64,000 nucleotides of DNA from Oculina patagonica. Its lineage: Eukaryota. The stretch covers positions 33,480,001-33,544,000 of the forward strand of contig NC_135762.1 in the NCBI RefSeq assembly GCF_052425735.1, given 5' to 3'. Made by a program: the position numbers and the translations under genes. A model generated the notes under the pieces. The model made no database searches. It had not been told where the DNA came from and saw only the letters and a program-made list of their open reading frames with translations. This document shows, piece by piece, positions 30,501 through 45,500 of this stretch; the stretch's first letter is position 1; every line of letters begins with the position of its first letter.

Positions 30501-33500
30501 AGCAGCAAATTGATTTTTTTTTTAAAAAGAAAAATAAAAGAAAAATAAAAGGTGAAGGGGATTTTTGACAAATTTGGCGCGAAAGATACAAAATAAGGTG
30601 TTACCTGACACCAGATGCCGTAAGGTGATAAATCCTTAATCGTGATCCTTCGCTCAACAGATGCATGACATCCTCGCTGGGCCGCCAAATGCTTAACACT
30701 GCATCTAAAACGATCATTGGTTATTAAACAAAATTAAAGCATATACTGGCATCGTTTCCACTTTGCATGCAGGCTTTCTAACTAGTCTCGCATTCAAACA
30801 ACAACTACACACATCAAATGGCATGATAACAAAGGTAGAATCTCTACATCGTGCCATCATCAATATTTCTTGGCTATATTGAACAAAAGATGTACTTACT
30901 TTGCCTGACTTGACCTTTGCACAAGTAGTCTGCAATCAGAACTTTCAGTAGAGGCACCACGTTTCTTTGGAGCTGGTGCTGAGAAGACAAATAATTGGCC
31001 AATTACTATCGCGCACCTGGTGCAGTTTTCTGGAAGTTTTCTAGCTTTCGCTATACAAGCTGGCTTCTTGCTATCGGGAAAAGTCATTTGACAAATGATT
31101 TTACTTAGCAACATCAATGCCGATAACCGCGCACTCCGCAAAGGCGAATTTCCAGCGACTGAAAAACATTTTGGCACAAGAAAACATTTTGTTGGTGTAA
31201 CATCTTAGTCACAGCTAAGATGTGGACGAAAAAAATGCCAAATAACTACAATGTACATACTGCGATTATCTTTCATGTGTTGAATCTTTCTGCCGCAGTT
31301 CAGATATATAAAATTTCATATAACCACTTTCATAATGTAAAACATTATTGTAAAACACAAACAATTAAATGAAGTCCCAATATGGTCTGCGGCACCATAG
31401 CCCAGTTGACAGAGCAACACAGTTAATGACTGATTTCATTCACACACATTACTTGTCACAACTTTAACAACAATAACCTGCTCCTCTTCCCGTTCCTTCC
31501 AAACTCGTTCAAACTTGCTCTGCAATTCTGCAAATTTCTTCTCCTGCAACAATCGCCGGTAATCGTCTAATGCTCTTATTTGGCGTTCAGAGAGACACTC
31601 CTAAAAGAAAAGAAAAAAATGAGAGGAGAGAAAAACACTTCACGGAAAACGAAAAGAAAAGCAGTCATAAGGCTGCGGGCTTTAACGGTCGTCTAGTGAT
31701 TGACTTCAAATGCTACACCCACTACTGGGGTGCCTGTGAGTATAAATTTTAATAATTTCTTTTAATTTTGTAACAACGTGGTGCGTAATATTGTGAGATT
31801 TCTATAAGTTTTATATAACAAAAGAAAACTTACTTTGACTGCATCAGGATCAGAGGCCTGGTTCAGAGCTTCATAAATTTCCTTCCCGTCATGCAAGTCG
31901 TCTAAATCACGTGACGAAAATGAAGGCCGACGGAACCTTGCGGATCTTCTCCTTTCTGCAATTTAACAAAAAGGAACACAATAACAACACTAGTTCACAT
32001 TGGTCTCTTAAAGAAATGTGGGTCTCCGCCATTCAAAAAAGTAGCCGGCGAAAAGACCGACTAATCGATCAATTTATCCATCTATCGATGGACAGTTACA
32101 CAAAGTCAAAAGTTGCACTTTGGTTCGAGTTGCAGCCGACTGACCTGGTTGTTGACATTCTTTTTCAAACTCTTCCTGTATTTTCAGGAACAGCTTTTCC
32201 CTTCGCTGATGTCGATCGGCTTCAAACCTTTTAGCTTCTCGTTCCTCGAGGCGAGAGTTACGAAAAATGTTGGTACCATCTGCCATCTTTTCCATCCACT
32301 GTGAATATAAATATGTAACAACACTGTGAATTGGCGTAGGAAAAAAAAAACACTGTTTTGCGCTCAAATATTTTTCTCTTTTCCATACCCAACCACAGAG
32401 TGATTTACTTTTTAAGTTTCGTCGCTTTGTCTATTACCTGTACAGGATACTGTCTCAAAACAATGACATCCACACAGCCTGTGAATCCTCCATCACCAAA
32501 CAAAGAGTCCAGCGGTAATGGGAATGCATGCGTGTGGCTATGGAATCCAAGTTTCACATCCCATCGTGCACGCCGGGTGGAGTTGGCATGAAGTCGCAGC
32601 ATCAGCGACGAGGGGGCCTGGTACATTAACAAAATAAAGAACCCTGAGTCAGGTTAAAATATACCTGGGGTTAAAACTGCTAACATTCAAAAGGATAAAA
32701 ATATGTTAATTACTTCTGCCCGCTAACAAAAGTTATCTATACCACCGACAATCGCAGTTCTTTTACTACAATTTTTTTTTCTTCTTTTTCTGAGCATGAA
32801 TATTGTCACAAAAGAATATCAACAACTCGCTCCCCTCTACACCCTCTTCTCCCCCGCCTGGTAGCACATATTCATGACGACTCACGTGTACCTCAAGAGG
32901 GGAGACAGCCTGTTCGGATCCTATCAGCTCAGCCCCATGCACGAACAGCTTTTGCCCCACAACAATCTTCCCGTCATGCAGCAGTCTAGCAAGCGGTCTG
33001 TCCAGCATGGCCCGGATGCTATACCAACCATCTGTTACCTCTATGATGGCACAACTCTGCAATAACAATTTAAAGAATTGTTTTAAAAACAAAAGGCTAT
33101 TGAACAAAAACCATCTATTGCAAACGGGAAAGAAGCCCAATAGTAGTATGCTCGCTTTCGGGTTGGCTATTAAAAAAGCTACAAAATCATTAAAAAAGCT
33201 TCTCATTTAATTTGATGATTACTTTAGCAAACGATCAGAGAATCACTGAAGGATTTTCAATGTGTCAACGTAAAATTTTCTGTTACAATATCACTTCAGA
33301 GCTGTTATCTATGGCACAGCCAATCTGAGAGTTCCATCATCCATCACTCGATGGAGTGTATTTATTAGAAATGTCCTCCAGATTGTCGAAGTTACATAAA
33401 CAAAACAAAATTAATGTAGAAGTAGCTACCTCCATTTTACTAACATTGCCCTGTCCGTCTTTTCCACCATCATCATCCTTCTGTTCTGTAGCAGTGTTCT

Positions 33501-36500
33501 CAGTTACCGTCACGCTGGACACACACAGCACCATTGTGCGACTGGATATATCATCACGTTCCATTATTTTCTTCAATGCAGACCTGAAAGTTCAAGATAA
33601 CAAATCAAAATCAGGTAATTTCGTATTTGTTCAGATCTCGTGTCGAGTCGGTGATACCTGTTGCTGTTATCGATTTCACGGTCATATCTGTACTTGAGTT
33701 GGCACAAAACCCAGTCTGGAGTCAAACACCTAAAAAACAAAAACAGAGACCACTGTAAGACGGCCTTGAAAGACAGGAAAAACGCCCCAGTAATTGATTT
33801 AGAAAAGTTTTTTACTTACTGTAAGTGTACATGCAAAGTAACTGCAATTGTAGCCACAGAAGGGCGTGAACTAATATCAAGTTTAAAACAGAATAGATCA
33901 GATGTACATTTTGACGCTCGTATCTCTAAGTACAGAGCGAGCATAAGTATAAAAACATCTATGCTTTTCTGTCAATGAAATCATGTTACTACATTTCCCT
34001 ACTTTTCCCGACTGACAACAATTCCCAGTACAAAAAATCTCACCACTTATCAATAAACTTTGTGAAACTGATCATAAAAACAGTGACTAGAGAAAACTGC
34101 ATACATTACACAGGACGTGTATACAAACGAGCCATGATATAACTAACTTCTGCTTACAATGCTCAAAGTTTTTAGTCCCAGTCTAAGAATTATCTGTAGT
34201 TTTACTTGAATTACGTAAAAGGAAAACTTGCCTTCCAGCAAATTGACGTGGAAAAGCAACTTCCATGGCGGCTAGTTTCCATACCAACCATCTGTAATGA
34301 TTAGCGATCCAGTGTTTACTGATCAACTGACTGTCCACTCCAGGTGTGCTAAGAAATGCACTGATGAAGCAAAACAAAATCTTGTCAAAGTTCTTATTTA
34401 TAACATCGCATGCTTCCACACATGGACAAAACAAATCAATCTTGAAGACAGCCTCCATACAAAAAAGAGCCGGATTTTTCTGTATTTTCAAGTGCGGGAC
34501 AACGAGATATTTGTCACAACGGGACAAAGTGTACTGAAATGGCCTAAAAAGTCACCTGAAGTTCGGTTGTAGCTCCAAATAGCTTGCATTTCTCATCGTT
34601 TTTACAAAGCTTTACATATACCATCATTTCTCGTTTCGGAACAGTCATGTCAGGTTGAAATTGTAAGATTTTATAGCAAATTTATTTCACTACGATGGCA
34701 AGCGTTCCAAAATAAAGGCACAGACTAATAAATAAGCAATATTACATGATGCAGTGGTTGCAAATTTTTGTCTGTCACACAGCGTCAAGGATTGGAATGT
34801 CGAATAAATATTCTCATTGCTCTTTTTTTTTGCATTCACTTACTTTTGTATTTCTTCCAGGGCCACGCAGCCATCATTCCCGGCATGCAACACTCCCCCG
34901 TCCTCTGTCCTAACACTAGCCTCGCTGGACAACACAGATTCACTGAAATACTTAATTCCCACAAACCGGAATGATTCCGCATTGGAAGAAGTAACAGAGA
35001 TGATCTCTGGAGACACACCCAGTTCAATCAGCTGAAATTTGAGTAAAGACAAAAACCCATTAATATTGTTGATTAGTTTACCTTAGCAGCTCAGCTTTTT
35101 AGCTTGCCATTTGTGAAGGCCGTTTTTAATTATAAACGAACTCTTGTAGATTGGATAAGACAAGCCACCTTACCTCTGCATTTGTGTATTTTCCTGGCAG
35201 TGTGCCGTGTCCAACATAATCTTTCAGCTTTATCCTTTGATTGTGTTGACGCAGTTGAGACAAGAAACCAGGCTGCGGTTTGCATTTGCACTCGGTCTGA
35301 AATAGAATACTCAGAGTAGTGACCTATTATCATCTGACCATTTGAATCAGTAGTTACAAAAGGTGGTATCAGACTGACTAAGCTGGTATCAGTCTAAAAG
35401 CCTCAATAGACGGCTGAACTTGCTAATTCAAGTGAAGATAATGGTAACGTCCGTTTCAAGCTCAGGGATCGGTGAGTCCCAGAGGTTTCCCTTTGCCGTT
35501 TGTGAAAACAGTCATGATACAGAATATATTCCCCAAAAAAATGTGAACTACGCTAACCTTTGAAGCAGTTTCACGATGACCGCTCTTCGTGTTCAATGAA
35601 CTATTAGGCGTTGAGATTCTTGGTTTCTTTGAAGACGGTTCCACACAATCTTTACCTTGAACCTCTGATGAACTACTGACCGGTAACCTGGAGCTGCTAC
35701 AACGTGCAAGAGGAGAGACTTCTCTACCAGCTTCTTGTTTTCTGTAAGGCGTGGTAAACTGAGGGCGAGGACCACACATCCTTCGGTTTGCGGTGGAATT
35801 TAAAGGAGTGCTAGTTCTTGGTAAGGGTGCAGATTTGGACCTGAAGCAGCCTGGTGTAGTAACTCGAAGTGGCCTCAGTGAACGATTGCCATCTGACCCT
35901 CTGGGCAAGACGACAGTTAATAAACATTTTTATAGTTATTGAGAAAAAAGTTAAGATAAAATCTGCGTTCGGGCCTAGTGGCCCATCAGGCTGGAGGTTT
36001 ACGTGGCATTAAACGAATAGGAGGATTTCTACACCTCCCTGGATGATGGAAAGCTAGTCCATCGCAGGGCTCCCTCCCTCCTCCCTCCCCCCCCCCCCCC
36101 CCTCCCCCCATTAATTTCGTGTGAAATTTTGTTTGAATGAGTCCAACAGTTAGCCGGTGCTAATGCTGGTTTCCATAGTATAAATCGCTACTCTCCCTGG
36201 ATGGGATGCTAGTCCATCGCAGGTACAATGTGCACTGGTTCATTTATCTATGGTGGAGAGGAGTGAAAGAGCAAAGTATCTTACCCCCAAAACAAAAAAC
36301 CTTAAGACTACCCCCCAATAATACAAATAAAATTTAAAGGGGACCTTTTTTTGGGGCTCTCAGCTTCCTTACTTTCCAAAAAAAAAAAAATTTTTAAAAA
36401 TTAAAAAAAAAAATCAAATGTTTTGGTAGTAGTACCTTGGTGAACAAGTGCTTTCCACAGTCGTCAGGCGTGCCCGCAAAGGAGGATGGAACCGTGCTCG

Positions 36501-39500
36501 ACGATCATGCAAAACACCTAACATAACAGAAAGATAAAACATCAGAAAATGTCACGAACACTTAAAATAAGAGAAAGCCTCGTGTAGTGAACAGATAAGA
36601 CAGTTGTCAAAATAAAATTAAGGCGGCGATAATTTAATAGGTAAAACAAACGGTAGGTGAATTGTGAGACTACCGTGGAAGTCAAAATCTAACTTAGGCC
36701 CTTGAAATGAGGTAGAGAGCATACACATACACTGTACCTGATGGAGTAGTTGAACAAGGTTTCATCCCATCCCGTGTCTCTGAGTGATTTGAATTGAACA
36801 TGTCCTCACTACATCGTAACTTAAGATGAAATACAGTTAAGAGCATGTTAATACAAAGCATTTACTTAAACATCATGAGGCAGTTTAGCAAACATGGGCT
36901 TGTCTGGTAGAGGTTAACTTCGGTGTAAAACCAGTGGAAAATATTCCACGAATAATACTTGAGTGTTCCTTACCAAGAAATGAACAACATGAACAACGCA
37001 AAACACGCGAACAACCCTTTCGCCAAATTAAACGAAACGCCCTAAGCAATAAGATACATGTATTTACTTGCATACCATATAAAAATCAAGCAAATTAAAC
37101 ATTTTTACTACACCCACCCACGTACATGTATGTCCCCGTGCGGTTCTGGTGGTCACGTGTGGGAACGTTTCAGACCATAGTGTACATGTAAATGTGACAA
37201 AGAAAAATATAAAAGTGTGAAGTGTGACACCGCACTAAGATACTACATGTCTACCAGAAAGAAATGATCGGCCGTTTTTCTCGAACGTTTTTTTAGAAAA
37301 TTTACTTCACAGCGCCCACTCTAACGTTTCACTCGACATACCAGTATACATTAGCAGTACATCATTTTATCCAAAAAGGTTACTTACCGGTGTTGAGCAA
37401 CGCCTTGGAAAGTTGTGGTTAGAAGTAAAAGTAAGTCCTGCTGATTCGTAAAATAAGATGAAAATTAGTTTATTTGTACAAACTACTCTGGCCGGGCTTT
37501 TGAGATACCCTTTTTGTGATGTGGCACTGTTAAATAATCTGCATTGGATTTACCTTTCTCCCTTCCCAATATAAATGATCCTTCAGACGTGTTAAAGGAA
37601 CTCCATCCAACAGCAGTCCGATCGTGCACGTTCTCCGAGGTATCCATGATTGATTCATCGGCCAGCAGTGCTTCAGAACTCTCCAGAACCTCACGAGATA
37701 CCGCTTCATCATGTTCAACAGTGCAGCTTCTGCTTGGTGTAGACATGGTCCTCCCGTGCGCTTCTGTAGGAACGACAGAAGCTGCTGACTCTTCTGTTTT
37801 AGAGTTGTTAAATGTCCTGTCCGTGTCCAATAGAAATGCCTTCGCTTTGTTAAGAGCCTCCTCCGATACTGATACACTCTGGTCTCCAGCGGTGAAAAAT
37901 CCCTTTAATCCATCGCCTTGATTTCCATCTGTGATAAGCGTGCAATTCTCGTGCTCGATTATGTTCATTTGTTCTCTTGCCTTCCTTTTCGCCTCGTGGG
38001 ATATAGACGTACTATCTGGGTTATTTGTCTGAAGTTCCCTTTCGATGCCAGCCATTGTCTGTTTCGCCTTGGCAAGGGCTGATTCTGATATTTTCACTGT
38101 TTTACTACCTGCTGTTTGGAAACCAGAAAATGATGAAAAACTAGTTGAGCTCAGTTCGCTTCTAGGAACACCAGCTACAGGTGCGCTGTTGTCTTTGTTT
38201 TCATGGAGAGATTTGTCAATTTGTTGCATTATCGCCGCTCCTTTTTCTAACGATTCTTTAGACAGCTTCACGCTCTGTCCACTAGCAGTTTGAAAACCAG
38301 TAAAACCTGATGTGCTGCGTAAATGAGATACACTGGCATCCCTGTTTTGCTCGAGGGATCTGTCAATTTGTTGCATTATCGCCGCTCCTTTTTGCTAACG
38401 ATTCTTTAGACAGGTTCACGCTCTGTCCACTAGCAGTTTGAAAACCAGTAAAACCTGATGTGCTGCGTAAATGAGATACACTGGCATCCCTGTTTTGCTC
38501 GAGGGATTTGTCAATTTGTTGAATCATCGCCGCTTCTTTTTGCCATTGATTCTTTAGACAGGTTCACGCTCTGTCCACTAGCAGTTTGAAAACCAGTAAA
38601 ACCTGATGTGCTGCGTAAATGAGATACACTGGCATCCCTGGGTGTTTTGCTCGAGGGATCTGTCAATTTGTTGCATTATCGCCGCTTCTTTTTCTAACGA
38701 TTCTTTGGACAGTTTCACGTTCTGTCCACTAGCAGTTTGGAAACCGGTAAAACCTGATGTGCTGCGTGAATGAGATACACTGGCATCCCTGTTTTGCTCG
38801 AGGGATCTGTCAATTTGTTGCATTATCGCCGCTCCTTTTTCTAATGATTCTTTAGACAGGTTCACGTTCTGTCCACTAGCAGTTTGAAAACCAGTAAAAC
38901 CTAACGTGCTGCCTGAATGAGATACACTTGCATCCATGTTTTGCTCGAGGGATTTGTCAATTTGTTGCACTATCGCCGCTTCTTTTTCTAACGATTCTTT
39001 GGACAGTTTCACGTTCTGGCCACTAGCAGTTTGGAAACCGGTAAAACCTGATGTGCTGCGTGAATGAGATCCACTGGTGTCCCAGTTTTGCTCAAGGGAT
39101 TTGTCAATCTGTTGCATTATCGCCGCTCCTTTTTCTAACGATTCTTTAGACAGGTTCACGCTCTGTCCACTAGCAGTTTGAAAACCAGAAAAACCAGATG
39201 TGCTACGTAAATGAGGTACACTCGATTTGTTCGACAGGTTAACTCTGGGAACACCAGTGACATGATCAGTGTTGTGTTTACTTTCGTTAATTCCCTGCTC
39301 AAGAGAATTGTCAATTTGCTGCATAATCTGAGCTCCCCTTTGCAAAGCTTCTTCAGACATTTCTACTCTTTTCCCAGCGGCAGTTTGGAATCCAAGAAAG
39401 GCAGACGAATTACTACCTTTGTCTGTTTCTTCTCTCTTTTTCCCACGCCTTGTCTGGAATCCCAAATGATAATCCTTTCCCTTATCTGCTTCATTTCTCT

Positions 39501-42500
39501 CGAGATCTCTTCTTTCCTCAGCACCTTTGGAAGCACGGTTGTTCTTTCTACTCGTCAAATGATTACAAGCCGTAAACGACGGAGACCTCTCGTCCTCTTT
39601 ATCCAGGCAATCATGTGACGGTTCAGTGGCGATTCGTTTCATTATGTCCCTGCCTCGTCTCAGTGCCTCCTCGGACAAAGTCACCTTCTTTCCCCCGGCA
39701 GTCTCAAACCCGGAGAACTTTGACACATTAGACATTCTTCTGCAGTGGCCATCATTTTCAAACCCTTCGTCGGCTTTCTTTGTTATGGACCTGGCTGCAT
39801 TCAAAGTGCACAAAGAACTTTGCAAATTGTCAACAGCTCTAACTGGAACTGTTTGGAAACCATTCCGACTTTCAAGATCCTTGCGTTGTATTCTATCAGC
39901 TCCAGCGAGTGCCAGCTCCTGGTCTATTTTATTCCAAGTATCCTTTGCCTTGTTCAAATCTGCTTGCGATACAGAGACAGACTTGCCACTTGCCGTCTGA
40001 AATGATACGCTGGGTATTCTTGGAGTTGTCACCGCACTGCTATGAAAACATTTCATTAGCAATGTTTTCACGGTGCCCTGAAGAGTCATTGTCGTCTGAG
40101 CGCCAGCGCTTCAGGTCAGAGTCCTTATCCATGCTTGTAGGAATTCTTTGAAGATGTTCCTCGATTCCTTCATTTTCCTCGCAAATGGCGGCCAAGGAAT
40201 CTCGCCTCTGTCGCTTACAGTCATTCAACAAATCCTCAAGTAATGAGTCATTTACGTTTTCACTCTGTTTACTTTCCAAGCTCATTCAGTGCTTCTTTGG
40301 AATTTTGTAGAGCCACGCCTCGAATTCACTTTTTTTAGGGGCACTTTTTCCAGATACATCAATGTTTAACTGGTCTGATTGAGGCGTAGACTTTAGATTG
40401 CGAGGTCTTATAATTCTTTCTAGTACCATAGGAAAGGTCCGTCAGGAAGGGCATTTTCCAGCTCTTTTTCTAGGCGCCCCAGGATTCTCTGTAGTGTCGT
40501 CAGACGATTCATCAAGAGGAGCACTTCCTTTGCCATTTTCTGAGGCTCGATGCTCATTTGTAATGCTATAAGTTGTTCTTCTTTTTCACCGGTACCTTTC
40601 AAAGGCTGGCCTACTACTGCTACTAACATTCAACTCAGCATCAATTTCTTTTAAAGTTTTCCTCGGTTGTTTCATTGCAGATTCAGATACATGAACTTGT
40701 TTACCGCTTGCCGTTGAAAAACCACAAAATCCAGACACCACAGGTGATTGTTGTTTCTCCAAGCCGGACACATTTTCCCTTTTTGCAAAATGTTTGTGAT
40801 CAGCTCTTTGTTCCGCGATTTCTCCTTCCACACAGGAGGGAACGCGCACTATGTCACTGTCTGGTATTGGCTTACATGACAGACTAGCTAGCTGCCCTAC
40901 ATCACATATCTTCGAACAGTCTGAACTTTCCTGTAGTTGTCTATTTGGCCATTCATGTAAACCTAACGAATTGTCAATCTCTTTCATGGTGGCTTTCGCT
41001 TTAGTCAAAGCCTCGGATGAAATTGAAACGTGTTTTCCGCTTGCTGTATGGAAACCTGCAAACTCTGGGGCAACGCTATCCGTAATATACGATTTAACGT
41101 TGCTGTAATCAAACATATCGATCCAAACTTTCTCAACTTTATCTTCTTTTTCGGGCGAATATCTTCCAAGCTGGTGGCTTCCTATAGCCCTTTTTGAAAC
41201 GCCACCGTGATTTTCTTGTGATAGTGCCATTTCTAGTTTCGTTCCTTTGGTTAAGTTACGCCCTTCACGGACACTACCTGCTCCAACCACTTCGTCCGCT
41301 GTTGGTCCGTTATCTTGTGAAGTAAAGCTTGTTGTAGGAAGATCAAATTCCTCAAATAAAGCTAGAGCACTGCTGAGAGCTTTGTCCGATATCTCAATTT
41401 TCTGTCCTCCTGCAGTATGGAATCCAGTGTTTGATTCAGGAAGCAAAGGCAACGCGTTGTTTTGCAAGTTAGCGCAAGAAACAGGGTTTTCCATCATATC
41501 GCTTTCCTTTCGTTCGTCTTTGTTTTGCAAGGTTCTTTCAACGCTTTGCACCCCACCACCATAAATGTTCGCCTCGCCTGGTTTACATATTGTCGACGCG
41601 TCGATGTCTTGTAAAACAGTTCCAGTGCTTGTCTGCATATTCCTGATACCATCCTCCGAAGACATGACTTGTTTTCTCTGCCGTGCTGTTGACGCTACAG
41701 TTCCTACGTTCAAGGAATCTGAAACACAATTCAAAGGTGGAGGAGAACAAATACATTCCACTGGAAACTGACTGAGCGCATCCATGTCAAAAAGGACATC
41801 CTCTTTTTCAATGTGATTCGCCGCGGAAGACAACGAGCCTGTATCTCTTTCGCTTTTGAAAAACATTCCCGTCTCGCCCGACTTCAGTCTCTTAGCTACT
41901 GGCATTTCACCCTCCACTCCCTTGTCCTTATTCGTCTTACACATTGCCGTGTCGTAAAACGTCGCGCTGCTTTCTAATAAGCGCTTTTTCTCCTTCAGAA
42001 GTAGAATTTTCTTTCTCCACAACTCGCGAGGCATCGACAGTTGAAGCAGTTTTCCTGACGCGCTTGCCTGTGTCTTGTTTTGCAACTTGACTTGCGGTCG
42101 GATATGAAAATCGTTTCGTTCGCACTGACCGTCGTAATCCGGGAACTTTACAGAACGACCTCCTCCTAACAAGGCTACCGTGATCACCCGCTGACCTAGT
42201 AGTGGGCTCGCCTGCGTCTTCGCCAATGTTTTTACTGGTTTCTTCTTGGGCGTTTATTTTGTTTCTTGGGGTATTAATGACTTGTTGAGGGACCTCGGTT
42301 AACTGAAAATTGGTCGTCTTATTTAATATTTCATCAGTATGCGGTGACTGGGCGTTTAAACTCACAGATAGCGATGAACCTGCAAGGAAATAAGGGTTGA
42401 ACATTTTTAAGTCTATCTGGGACCTCTTCATGGCTAAATTGACTTATGCTCAATTGATGAGTCGCAATTATGCACACCTCGTTAAGACGTGCTGTGACAA

Positions 42501-45500
42501 GTGTGGCTATAAATTCAAACCCAGTTGAATGAATATCTTAAACGTCTTTCTCAACAGCTGTCTGAGCTTCGCTTAAATAATCGGCCCTAGGAGTTTTGTT
42601 TCCAGGCTAGACAATAGGCCTTATTCGTATTATCGGTATTGGATTAGAACTAGCTTGCAATTGAGGCTAATGCGGGTAATTTTTTCAAATGCGAATGACA
42701 TTAACCTGTTTTTAATGATATTCCCCCGCATGAGCCTCTATTGCAAGCTAGTTCCAGTCCAATACCGAGAATACGAATATGGTCTATTGATCGGTTTGGA
42801 GAAAACCTTTAATAAAGATATTCAATTCCCTGACTACGATGTAACTTTAAACGGCTATAATACGTTTAACAACACAACCACTATAATAACTAGTTTCATC
42901 GGGCATTGTGGCGTGTTTTACGGGCTAAAATGGGGAATTCCGCGGGCTAAAAAATATATTTTAGCCCGCTGCCCTGATCCAATCAGAAACATGGAAATAA
43001 CATAGCAAGCCAATCAGAATTGGAAACCATTCAAATGTTCGCGCCGCGTTCTTGCTTGCTGGCAGCACTTTAAGGGTCGTTTGACTCGAAGCTCTTCCAT
43101 CTGCAATTCTGTCTGCAAACATTAACTTAACTCTATTGTTATATTAAAACGTATGTTCAATTTTATTCAATGGTTTTTGACAAACATTTAACATTTTCCT
43201 GTTTGCTCTCCAAACCCGGCCAATCAGACTTAAGTGTAGCTTTTATGTTAAATTTCCATTTATTCCTCGCCATCCATTGGTTATTGAATAATCAAGCGGA
43301 GTCTGATCATGAAGTCAGCAGCCAAACCAGATGGTTACAGGAGCTTAGTCTTCATTTATCACAAAAACAAAGCTTCTTCGTGCAAGCTTGATCAGGAGAC
43401 AGTGATGGCGCGTTCAAACTCGCTTTTCGTTCTGCTTGTAGTAGCGCTGTCTTTAACGCTTGGTGCTGAAAGTCGACTTTACAGGCCTTTACTGGACGAA
43501 GGTAAGACTAAAAATGATTTTCTTTTAGAGAGCCTGTAAGACAAATACTGTATCGCGTGACTTAGTCTGATCATCAATTCTGGAATGAAAATTTGTTAAA
43601 AATGGTTCGCTTTGTTTAAGCAATTTCTCTTAAAAGAAAGTACTTGCGCATCAAAACATTCTGTGTTTGAGACGGCTTTTCTTCTCACTGATTCTTATAT
43701 TCGGATTCGTATCGGCTATATTGACTGTTTGAGTATATTTGGAAACCAAATATTAAACAACTGAAAATGTATGGTTCTAAAGTCTGTCTCGATTTTATGT
43801 GAACCTTCAAACTGCATCTAATCTAAAAAACTTGCAAAAGCTTAAACGAGAACATACAAGCAAAAAAAAAACATGATAAAAAAACCGTCACAGCCATTTT
43901 TATGTTCTCTTTTATGTTTAAGGCGTCGAATATAGACACTGTCATTAAGAATATTCTGCACGATAACGCTGTTTAATATACTAAAGATAAACTAAGATGC
44001 ACCAGGCGGCTAAACCGACAATTATCATAATATATATAACATGCATCGCACGCAAGAACACTTTTTTAATCAGTTTGTCTGACAAAAAGTTAAACAGGCA
44101 AAAAATGTTATAATAAGCGGGGAGATAAAGAAACACGGCATATGGAACTTAAACGGTAAAAAACACTCCAGTGACAAAACACCAACCAAGGAAAAACTCT
44201 TTTTCTAGCAAAACCGGCACCAAACAGCTGTTCCGGCTGCGGTCCTCAATATCTTCAAGCGAAAAGATTGACTAAAGATGCACCTTTCGTTTTAATTCAC
44301 TGTCGCGTCACTTTGAAGCCATCAAAAATTTGAATTTGAATGGTTTTCATTTTCCGATTGGATAATTTTGTATTTAATCGACAGCTGACATGTGCTGAGT
44401 TAAAATTCATTTCAAGTGCCCGCACGGCCAAGTGACGCTTCTTAAACACCTGTTGAATTTCATTTTTATGAATTATTTTCAGCAAACGAGAAAATGATTT
44501 CCTTCTCTTAAATGGCAATAAGAATGATTTTTGAGAGAGAGATATGTATTGAAACCTTTTTTTTTAATATGCCTCTGTTAGAGCAAAAAAGAGATAAGAT
44601 TGATAGATTATCCGATATTCGTGAAGTGAAATCGGCATTTAATTGGGCATTTCCACTTCAACATAAAGAAGTTCTAACAATTCTGGTGCAGTTGAGGCCT
44701 ATTTTAACAATGAGTAATTTACTCTCGAACAATGCAGTCTATCTTGAAACATGTAATTTAAAAATTACATGTAGCTTTGTCAGGGAACTGTTTTGCGATG
44801 AAAAAGTTGCCTTCAGATTGAACGAAAACCTCGAGTGAACCAGTTAACTAAAGTACAAAAACACCAACGAAGTGAGTAAATGGTTAAATGGTGCATTGAT
44901 GGCCAAAATTTATAAAAAAATTAATGACGCGAAGAGAACAAAGAACCTTAATACTAAGTAGACGCACGTTTTCCAGATGTGCCATCCTTACGTACCCAAG
45001 CGTCTTTTGTTCCCGCAAAGATTAAAATGTGTAAAAAAAAAAACAAGCTAGGAAAACTTATGTGGTTTAGATTTCACAGGGAGCGAATATTTATATAAAA
45101 TGTCATCTATAAAAAAAAGAAAAGTTTCGGGCATATGAATACGATCGGTCAGTTTTTCGAGTTTCTACAGTTGATAAAACTTCAAGGTGATCATAATTCA
45201 TTCAGAATAAGGCGCCGTTTTACGTTTTGTTCTAGATTCTGCGTGTAGTTTGAAAACGGGAAAACCCCGCTTAATTGACCTCCATACCGACAAAGGTATA
45301 AGAAATTGTGTTCTTACACCAATTTTTCTTGACATCTACTTAAGGAAAAAAATTACGATACGGCAATTTAAGGAAGAGGAGTAAGGAATATTTGACAACT
45401 TGAACTTTCCTGAGCGCCCTGTGTTCAGTAAGAGAAGTTCCCTTCCCGTCACTTTTCCGTTCAAGGCGTAGAAAACGGCGTAATTTTAAATAAAAACAAT

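Noticed and set aside
35965-36270. SINE-like fragments (CTCCCTGGATGGGATGCTAGTCCATCGCAGG twice)
   Set aside because: Degraded dispersed repeat; boundaries and family cannot be fixed from the sequence alone.
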